This document shows, one piece after another, positions 57,643-64,000 of a stretch of 64,000 nt of DNA. The notes beneath the pieces are model-generated. The model did not search any database. It had not been told where the DNA came from and saw only the letters and a list, made by a program, of their open reading frames with translations. A program made the position numbers and the translations under genes. Origin of the DNA: Clostridiaceae bacterium (GTDB lineage: Bacteria; Bacillota; Clostridia; Peptostreptococcales; T1SED10-28); the NCBI GenBank assembly GCA_003554105.1, contig PWFQ01000006.1, positions 3,036 through 67,035 of the forward strand, read 5' to 3'. Positions within the stretch are counted from its first letter, which is position 1; each line of letters opens with the position of its first letter.

Positions 57643-59427
57643 ATGGAAAAAACATGGAGCTTGGATGCCCTCTATCCATCTTTTGATAGTGAAGAATTCC
57701 AAGGGGACTTCAACAAGCTGGAGTCAAAGATCCAAGAGGTAACGGAGTGGTCCGAAGAAAATTTGAAGGATCAAAATGACCTAACGGGAAAGCTGGAAAA
57801 ATCCATTGAGGAGCAGGAGGAGATCAGCAGGCTTCTCCGAAAGCTCATGTCTTATGCGCACCTTCGGTCAGCGACAAACGCTAAGGATCAAGATGCACTA
57901 CAGTACATGGAAAAGGTCAGTAAGAAGATGACAGCATTAACAAAAGCTTCGGTAATTTTTGAGAAGTGGCTGAAGGATTTATCAGAAAAAGAGCTAAAAA
58001 GTGCCATTGATGACAGCAAAGTATTGCCTGAGTATGAGTATTATCTTATGGAAAAATTCGAGAGAACCAAGTACCTTCTTAGTGAAGAGGAAGAAATTAC
58101 GATAGCGAAAATGCAGGAGACAGGCTCACAAGCCTGGAACAATCTGCAAAACGTTCTCACCTCTACTCTTATGATTGAAGTTGAAATCGGCGGTAAGATT
58201 CAAAAACTTCCTCTGCCTGCAGTAAGGAACCTTGCTTATCATAAGGATTCGAAAGTGCGAAAAGCAGGATATGAGGCTGAGCTGGAAGCTTATGACCGAA
58301 TCGAGGAATCCTCTGCGGCAGCATTGAACGGAATTAAAGGAGAAGTGCTGACCACGACTAAAATGCGGGGATATCAGAGTCCTTTGGAAGAGACGGTCCT
58401 AAAGTCACGAATAGACCGGGAAACCCTCGATGCAATGATTGAAGCCATGAAGGAAAGCCTGCCTAAGTTCAGGGAATACTATCGAAGAAAAGGAGAGCTT
58501 CTGGGACATAAAAATGGTCTGCCGATCTACGATATTTTCGCTCCAATTGGCGAGTCCTCAATGGAATTCTCGTATGAAGAGGCAAAGGACTATATTGTGA
58601 AAAATTTCCGCTCTTTCAATCCCGAGCTGGCTGATTTTACTGCCCACGCCTTTGAAAATCGCTGGATTGATGCGGAACCCAGAGAGGGGAAACGGGGGGG
58701 AGCCTTTTGTGCAAATCTTCATCCCATCGGTGAGAGCAGAATTCTAGCCAACTTTGATGGAAGTTTCAGCAATATGACAACTTTAGCCCATGAACTAGGT
58801 CATGCATACCATGGCTATTGTCTGAGGAATGAGAAACTTCTAAACAGCAGTTATACAATGCCTATTGCGGAAACCGCTTCAATTTTTTGCGAAACCATCG
58901 TTGTGAGTGCTGCATTAAAAGATGCTGACAAAAAGGAGGCCTTCGGTATCCTGGAAGCGGACTTGCAGGGAGCAGGGCAGGTAATCGTCGATATTATGAG
59001 CCGATTCCTGTTTGAAAGCAAAGTGTTCGAGATCAGGGAAGATCATGCCCTTTCCGTAGAGGAATTGAAGGAGACCATGTTATGGGCTCAAAAAGAAGCC
59101 TATGGTGAAGGATTGGACCCCGACTCCTTACATCCCTATATGTGGCTTAATAAACCCCACTATTACTCGGCAGGACTGAGCTTCTACAACTTCCCCTATG
59201 CATTCGGACTTCTCTTTGCAAAGGGAGTGTATAGTGAATATCTTAAGCAGGGTACCGAGTTTGTTTCCCGATATGAGCGCTTATTGGGGGCAACAGGAAA
59301 GAATGAAATTAAGGATGTTGCAAAAATGGTGGGGATTAATGTAACGGATCCGGACTTTTGGAGGAGCTCGTTGAAGCTGATTGAAAAGGATATTGATGAA
59401 TTTATCCGTTTAAGCAAGGAAGTTTAA
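57643..59427 (+). CDS. pepF: oligoendopeptidase F (M3B)
   Basis: 594 aa with the HELGHAYH zinc motif. Confidence 0.9.
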   Translation: MEKTWSLDALYPSFDSEEFQGDFNKLESKIQEVTEWSEENLKDQNDLTGKLEKSIEEQEEISRLLRKLMSYAHLRSATNAKDQDALQYMEKVSKKMTALTKASVIFEKWLKDLSEKELKSAIDDSKVLPEYEYYLMEKFERTKYLLSEEEEITIAKMQETGSQAWNNLQNVLTSTLMIEVEIGGKIQKLPLPAVRNLAYHKDSKVRKAGYEAELEAYDRIEESSAAALNGIKGEVLTTTKMRGYQSPLEETVLKSRIDRETLDAMIEAMKESLPKFREYYRRKGELLGHKNGLPIYDIFAPIGESSMEFSYEEAKDYIVKNFRSFNPELADFTAHAFENRWIDAEPREGKRGGAFCANLHPIGESRILANFDGSFSNMTTLAHELGHAYHGYCLRNEKLLNSSYTMPIAETASIFCETIVVSAALKDADKKEAFGILEADLQGAGQVIVDIMSRFLFESKVFEIREDHALSVEELKETMLWAQKEAYGEGLDPDSLHPYMWLNKPHYYSAGLSFYNFPYAFGLLFAKGVYSEYLKQGTEFVSRYERLLGATGKNEIKDVAKMVGINVTDPDFWRSSLKLIEKDIDEFIRLSKEV

Positions 59428-59563
59428 TGCGTTATCTCTACGATCCGGGGTACGATATTCATAGCAAATATTATGGAATGTTAAAAAAATATCAAAATTT
59501 TATTGACATATCCCGTTTTTCTGAGATATGATGGTTGTGTACTATAATTACGGAGGTGTAGAG

Positions 59564-60013
59564 ATGAAAGGCTATAAGGATATTTTGAAAATGGCAGTGG
59601 AAAACGAAGTGGAGGCCCATGAGTTTTATAAGGATGCAGCATCGAAGGTGAAGGATAAAAATCTAAAAGTAACCTTCGAAGAACTGGCAGAAGAAGAGAC
59701 CAAGCATAAGCTTCTTTTGGAAGGATATTTAAGAAACGATCTGAAGGCTATGAAATTCAAGGAGAACAAAGATCCTCAAATTTCTGAAACTTTGGAAGGG
59801 CAAACCCTCTCCACCAGCATGAGCTTCAAGGATGCAATTGTTCTTGCTATGAAAAAAGAGCAGGAGGCAATGGATATGTATCGGGAGTTTGCCGATGTAA
59901 GTGACGATGATAAGCAAAGAGCAACCTTTGAAGAACTGGTAAAGATGGAGCAGCAGCATAAAAATCGACTGGAAGAGATTTACTCAAATGCAGCATATGC
60001 TGAAGTATGGTGA
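59564..60013 (+). CDS. ferritin-like (rubrerythrin-type diiron domain, no rubredoxin module)
   Basis: ATG 59564 follows GGAGGTG. ENEVEAHEFY, EEETKHK, KKEQEAMDMY and VKMEQQHK (ExxH pairs). Confidence 0.7.
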   Translation: MKGYKDILKMAVENEVEAHEFYKDAASKVKDKNLKVTFEELAEEETKHKLLLEGYLRNDLKAMKFKENKDPQISETLEGQTLSTSMSFKDAIVLAMKKEQEAMDMYREFADVSDDDKQRATFEELVKMEQQHKNRLEEIYSNAAYAEVW

Positions 60014-60036
60014 TCAGATAATTTTGAACAACAGAA

Positions 60037-60077
60037 AAAGAGCCCGACCTTATGTTGATAAGGTTTGGGCTCTTTTA
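60037..60077. terminator. bidirectional terminator (overlaps the last codons of the minus-strand permease gene)
   Basis: AAAGAGCCCGACCTTAT / ATAAGGTTTGGGCTCTTT long stem with T-runs on both strands. Confidence 0.6.
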
Positions 60078-60589
60078 TTAAGGTCTTCCTTATCAGATGC
60101 ATTTAGCAGTTTTTCTGTTAATCCTGCAATCAATAGAATAACAAAAAGATTCACGACAAATCTGGTTAACATGAAGGACCATCCCAGAGCACCGGCTTCA
60201 AAGAGAAGCAAAGGAATCTTTGTGGTGGACCATGCCCCGATGAAGATAAGAACGTTGGAGAGTTTGCTTCCTTTTTTGATTAATAGACCGGCTACAGGGA
60301 ATGCCACGTAGAGGGGACCGGCGGCCATGGATCCCATTAAAAAACCTATAAGCTTTCCGTGAATTCCTGATCTTTCACCCATCAACCTGATCATAGTCTC
60401 CCGGGGGACCCAAACATCCAAGAGTCCCAGGATCATAAAGATCGGTGGTATAATATAAAGCATTTCCATGGTATTATCCCGCGTATGAAGGAAGGACTCT
60501 CTCCCCAATGCCGGATATGCAATGAGAAGCCCGAGGTTTACAAAAAGCATAAGAACTGCAAATTTATAGCGAAAAACCCATTTTTTCAT
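60050..60589 (-). CDS. permease subunit (ArsP/DUF318-like, half-size)
   Basis: 179 aa, multi-TM. ATGA-coupled to the upstream half-size permease gene. Confidence 0.6.
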   Translation of the reverse strand: MKKWVFRYKFAVLMLFVNLGLLIAYPALGRESFLHTRDNTMEMLYIIPPIFMILGLLDVWVPRETMIRLMGERSGIHGKLIGFLMGSMAAGPLYVAFPVAGLLIKKGSKLSNVLIFIGAWSTTKIPLLLFEAGALGWSFMLTRFVVNLFVILLIAGLTEKLLNASDKEDLNKRAQTLST

Positions 60590-61065
60590 TGGATTACACC
60601 TCCGATGATCACAGCAACAAGAAAGGAAAATCCAAAAGCAAGGGAATTTCTGAGAAGGGTTGCTTTCTTCCCGAAATATTGAATTTCCATAGGCATTGTA
60701 ACGATTCCCACCATCATTAAAGTGGAGATAAATACTGCAATCTGCATAATACCTGCACCATTATCGAGAAGTGAGGATGCCATCGGGAAAGCAACAAAGG
60801 CCGGGATCAATGTGACTGCTCCAACAATTGCAGCGAGAAACATACCGGAAAATCCTGATTCTCCTCCGATTAGCCGTGAAATGGTTTCGGGCTTCAAAAG
60901 AGAGAGCATAATCCCTATGATAAAAAGAATTGTGATAAATTGGGGAAGAATGTTTTCAAATGCCTTCCATGCTTTTATCAGTGCCTGTTTTGTCTTTTTG
61001 CGATCATTAAGGTAAGAGGCAATCAGTAAACCCGTTGCAATAATATAGAGAATAACGGTAAACAT
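60586..61065 (-). CDS. permease subunit (ArsP/DUF318-like, half-size)
   Basis: Start ATG 61065 lies 8 nt after AAAGGAG and gives MFTVILYIIATGLL. The 24 extra codons in the track ORF cover the promoter and leader. Confidence 0.6.
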   Translation of the reverse strand: MFTVILYIIATGLLIASYLNDRKKTKQALIKAWKAFENILPQFITILFIIGIMLSLLKPETISRLIGGESGFSGMFLAAIVGAVTLIPAFVAFPMASSLLDNGAGIMQIAVFISTLMMVGIVTMPMEIQYFGKKATLLRNSLAFGFSFLVAVIIGGVIQ

Positions 61066-61108
61066 TAAACCAACTCCTTTCTTAGCCCCCGCATAGGGGG
61101 GCAAGGAC

Positions 61109-61137
61109 AGTATAGTCAATTTCTTAGAGAAAGTCAA
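61109..61137 (-). promoter_or_regulatory. sigma-A promoter of the split-permease operon
   Basis: On the minus strand: TTGACT, a 17-nt spacer, then TATACT. Confidence 0.5.
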
Positions 61138-61310
61138 ATGATAAAAGATTATTTGGTTTCGGTTTAGTTAAAATGGATTGCCAAATTGCTGGCGGAAGAT
61201 TGATCGTGTAGATGAAGTCGCAGTGGGTATGAATTTACTGAAAAGGAAATACGAGAAGCACCTTTCATGTAAAGGCTGTACCAGTGATGAGGATCTAAGG
61301 AGTGATCAGC

Positions 61311-62420
61311 ATGTTGATTAAAGGGAAATACAATCAAGCGAAAGTGTTTGCGGAAGAGTTGGAGGTTCAAACCCAAGAGCAAATCCGAAAACTCTGTGAC
61401 CAGGAATTTTTGAAGGAGGAAAAAATCAGGGTAATGCCTGATGCACATGCGGGAATAGGATCCACAATCGGCACGACCATGACCATCGGAAACCAGGTTG
61501 TCCCCAACTTAGTGGGAGTGGACATTGGTTGCGGTATGTTTACTGTTCCCCTTGGGAAGAGGAATGTTTCTTTTCCAGCACTGGATCTCTACATCAGGCA
61601 GCATATTCCCAGTGGATTTAAAAACCATCGGAATTCTCAAATTGACTATCGAAGGGAAATTGAAAGCCTTAAATCACTGAAATTCCTGGGGAAGTCCTCA
61701 AAGGAATACGAGAAAGCCCTTGGGAGCCTGGGAGGAGGCAACCATTTTATCGAAGTGGATCAGGATGAGGAAGGAAACCTGTATCTTATTTTTCATAGCG
61801 GGAGTCGAAATATGGGGAATCAAGTAGCCCGTTATTACCAAAAACGGGCAGAGAAAAATCATCTGGGAAATCCAGATATTCCAAAGGACTTGGCTTATTT
61901 AGAAGGAAGAGAAAAAGATGAATATCTTCATGATATGGTTCTTGTGCAAAATTATGCAAAAGTTAACCGGGAAGTCATGGCGAGAAAAGTCCTGGAGGAA
62001 TTTCTCAAACTTCCTGATGCAATGGATCAGGGATTTCATACAATCCACAATTATATTGACATGCAAAGAAAGATTCTTCGGAAAGGTGCCATCTCCGCGG
62101 AAAAAGGTGAGAAAGTTCTTATTCCGATGAATATGAAAGATGGCTGCATCCTGGGTGAGGGTCTTGGAAACGAGGAATGGAACTATTCCGCACCCCATGG
62201 AGCCGGTCGATTAATGAGTCGGAGGGAAGCCAGGCGAAGGCTGTCCATGAAAGAATTCAGTGAAATGATGGAATCGATCTACTCCACTTCCGTCAGTAAG
62301 AAAACCATTGATGAAGCTCCTCTTGCGTATAAGCCGATGGAAGAAATTTTGAAATATATTCATCCAACTGTAAGAATCATTAAACATCTCACTCCGATTT
62401 ATAATTTCAAAGCATCATAA
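61311..62420 (+). CDS. rtcB: RNA ligase RtcB (short form)
   Basis: ATG 61311 follows TAAGGAG. MPDAHAG, GGGNHFIE, HSGSR, HNY and PHGAGR. Confidence 0.9.
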   Translation: MLIKGKYNQAKVFAEELEVQTQEQIRKLCDQEFLKEEKIRVMPDAHAGIGSTIGTTMTIGNQVVPNLVGVDIGCGMFTVPLGKRNVSFPALDLYIRQHIPSGFKNHRNSQIDYRREIESLKSLKFLGKSSKEYEKALGSLGGGNHFIEVDQDEEGNLYLIFHSGSRNMGNQVARYYQKRAEKNHLGNPDIPKDLAYLEGREKDEYLHDMVLVQNYAKVNREVMARKVLEEFLKLPDAMDQGFHTIHNYIDMQRKILRKGAISAEKGEKVLIPMNMKDGCILGEGLGNEEWNYSAPHGAGRLMSRREARRRLSMKEFSEMMESIYSTSVSKKTIDEAPLAYKPMEEILKYIHPTVRIIKHLTPIYNFKAS

Positions 62421-62528
62421 ACAATCGTGGTTTTCCCTTGAATCCAACGGGTTTTCTATGTTTTTTCTGGATTTGACCGGGTAATACCGCTATAATGGAA
62501 AAAGAAAACGGATTCCGGAGGAGTGAAC

Positions 62529-63494
62529 ATGGAGATAGCATCTTTTGTATGGTTTATAATCGGCTTAGGTCTCATCATCAAGGGAAGCGACTGGTTTGTT
62601 GAGGGAGCGGTATGGATTGCCAGAGCATTAAAGGTATCGGATATTATGATTGGTGCAACCCTGGTCAGTATTTGTACAACCCTTCCGGAAGCTATGGTTT
62701 CCACTAGTTCCGCATTAAGAGGGAATACAGATATGGCAATGGGAAATGTGCTGGGGTCCATTGCTTTTAACTCAGGAATCATTCTGGGAATCGTCATCCT
62801 TTTCACTGAACCGAGAATCAAAGGAGGAAAGGGGATCAAGACCCATAGTAAGCTTCTTGTGGCTCTTTTGGCGGGACTTTTTATTCTGGGAGTCACTTTG
62901 GGAACCTTATCAAGGATTTCGGGGATCCTTCTTTTGACAGGGTTAGCATTTTATCTCTGGAGAAATGTAAAAGCTGCCAGAGATATTCAAAAAGAGGAAC
63001 GAGAAACATCCTCCATTGAGGAGAGGACACCTGATAAAAAAGAAAAGTTTCGTGCGGTTGTTATTTTTGCTGTCGGATTGATTATGACTGTTTTTGGAGC
63101 AGATCTGTTGGTGGAGCATGGCGAAGTGATTGCAAGAACCATAGGAGTGCCGGATTTAGTGATCGGTCTTACGATGACCTCCGTTGGAACATCTTTGCCG
63201 GAGCTGGTTACTGCAATTTCCGCGATCAGAAAAAAAGCCCAGGATCTCTCCGTGGGCAATATTATCGGGGCCAATCTTCTGAATGTTCTTTTGGTTATCG
63301 GAATCGTCTCCAGCTTGGAACCGGTGAATCTCGCGGGGAATCTGTTATACTTTCATTTTCCCGTTGCAATCTTTATCACCGGCATGACAGCACTTTTCAT
63401 ATCAAGCAGAAAAAAGCAAATGGTGCGTTCAAGGGGATATCTTCTCGTAACTGTTTACACACTGTATTTAGTGGCAATTCTATTGCAAAATTGA
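62529..63494 (+). CDS. Ca2+/Na+ antiporter (CaCA/YrbG family)
   Basis: ATG 62529 follows GGAGGAG. Alpha-repeats GNVLGSIAFN and GNIIGANLLN. Confidence 0.85.
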   Translation: MEIASFVWFIIGLGLIIKGSDWFVEGAVWIARALKVSDIMIGATLVSICTTLPEAMVSTSSALRGNTDMAMGNVLGSIAFNSGIILGIVILFTEPRIKGGKGIKTHSKLLVALLAGLFILGVTLGTLSRISGILLLTGLAFYLWRNVKAARDIQKEERETSSIEERTPDKKEKFRAVVIFAVGLIMTVFGADLLVEHGEVIARTIGVPDLVIGLTMTSVGTSLPELVTAISAIRKKAQDLSVGNIIGANLLNVLLVIGIVSSLEPVNLAGNLLYFHFPVAIFITGMTALFISSRKKQMVRSRGYLLVTVYTLYLVAILLQN

Positions 63495-63498
63495 TGAG

Positions 63499-64000
63499 CT
63501 ATTCACCTGTGTTTAAGAGCTCTTCAATAACTGCATGGGTTTCATATCCTTCTTTAAAGGTAACAAGTTTTGCCGGATTTCCATCCAGGGCATTGGCCAG
63601 TTCATCCACCAGTTTCTCTGTCGGATGATCATCTTCCGGGGGAAGTTGCTTTAGAATCTCATCTTTTTGTGCAATCCAGATGTTTCTCCAATTTCGAAGG
63701 GCAATGACTCCTTTTTCACCGAAAAGGGTCAGGGATAAAAAGTCCTCGCGACCCACATCGCATAAACCGTTAATGAGAACGTTGACTCCATTGGTCAAAC
63801 AACCGGTGGCGATTAACTCCCGCTCGGAAAGCTCCTGATCCCGGGGATATGCAATTTTGGAATTAATATCAAAAATTTTACCATAAAACATTTCAATCAG
63901 CTGAATGTAATGGGTGAAGACTTCCCGGGTGAAACCGCCCTGCTCCCGGGTGTCAATCCAGGGATTATGCTGCCAATGCCGGGGCCACTCAGGAAAATAG
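63499..64000 (-). CDS. Gfo/Idh/MocA-family oxidoreductase, C-terminal part only (N-terminus beyond the window)
   Basis: The frame stays open upstream of the listed Met out to base 64000 (...YFPEWPRHWQHNPWIDTREQGGFTREVFTHYIQLIEMFYGK...). This composition is typical of the C-terminal domain of this family. Confidence 0.55.
   Translation of the reverse strand, partial: YFPEWPRHWQHNPWIDTREQGGFTREVFTHYIQLIEMFYGKIFDINSKIAYPRDQELSERELIATGCLTNGVNVLINGLCDVGREDFLSLTLFGEKGVIALRNWRNIWIAQKDEILKQLPPEDDHPTEKLVDELANALDGNPAKLVTFKEGYETHAVIEELLNTGE

Noticed and set aside
61066-61137. The N-terminal 24-codon extension of the permease ORF as listed in the track (MTFSKKLTILSLPPYAGAKKGVGL).
   Set aside because: This stretch contains the -35/-10 promoter and the leader hairpin. 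A well-spaced SD precedes the internal ATG at 61065.
1-64000. Global reassignment of TGA (genetic code 4 or 25) as the explanation for the two in-frame TGA junctions.
   Set aside because: TGA clearly terminates about 11 well-defined genes here, several in ATGA stop-start overlaps (for example 3313-3316, 20780-20783, 44241-44244 and 60586-60589). It is therefore a normal, if minority, stop codon.
1-64000. A search for CRISPR arrays, tRNA/rRNA genes, IS elements, integrases, prophage or toxin-antitoxin pairs.
   Set aside because: All intergenic regions are 430 bp or shorter and are accounted for by promoters and terminators. I saw no direct-repeat arrays, cloverleaf-like sequences or transposase/integrase motifs. 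A proper tRNA or repeat scan could still find something I missed by eye.

Overview
This is a 64-kb, tightly packed chromosomal segment from a low-GC Gram-positive anaerobe (Clostridia/Tissierellia-like). Supporting signs are a perfect CIRCE operator, a GerMN-type protein, a dnaE-pfkA-pyk block and strong GGAGG ribosome-binding sites (SDs). I can support about 52 protein-coding genes plus several promoters, operators and rho-independent terminators. I saw no rRNA, tRNA, CRISPR array, transposase, integrase or recognisable defence gene. Most of the window is housekeeping: dnaE, pfkA, pyk, hutH, rlmD, hflX, purC, phnDCE, mutY, argGH, htpG, pepV, trmB, pepF and rtcB. The unusual part is the first 8.6 kb. 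A divergently encoded CBS-PAS-AAA+ sigma-54 activator faces a near-consensus -24/-12 promoter. That promoter drives a four-subunit HcnABC/PDH1-like flavo-iron-sulfur dehydrogenase, a four-cluster ferredoxin and a tungsten-type aldehyde:ferredoxin oxidoreductase. A small ThiS-like plus HesB-like unit follows. The HesB-like reading frame is interrupted by two consecutive in-frame TGA codons at the position where such domains carry their conserved Cys, so it is a candidate Sec-Sec selenoprotein. Other points worth a second look are a second in-frame TGA joining a signal-peptide ORF to a rhodanese, a SARP/BTAD-AAA-TPR regulator directly upstream of an orphan hutH, and a CitX-like domain outside any citrate-lyase context. 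There are also tandem DUF3841 paralogues, an ARG-box promoter plus an Arg-rich uORF before argGH, and CIRCE in front of htpG. All functional calls rest on motif-level reading of the translations; no database search was possible.
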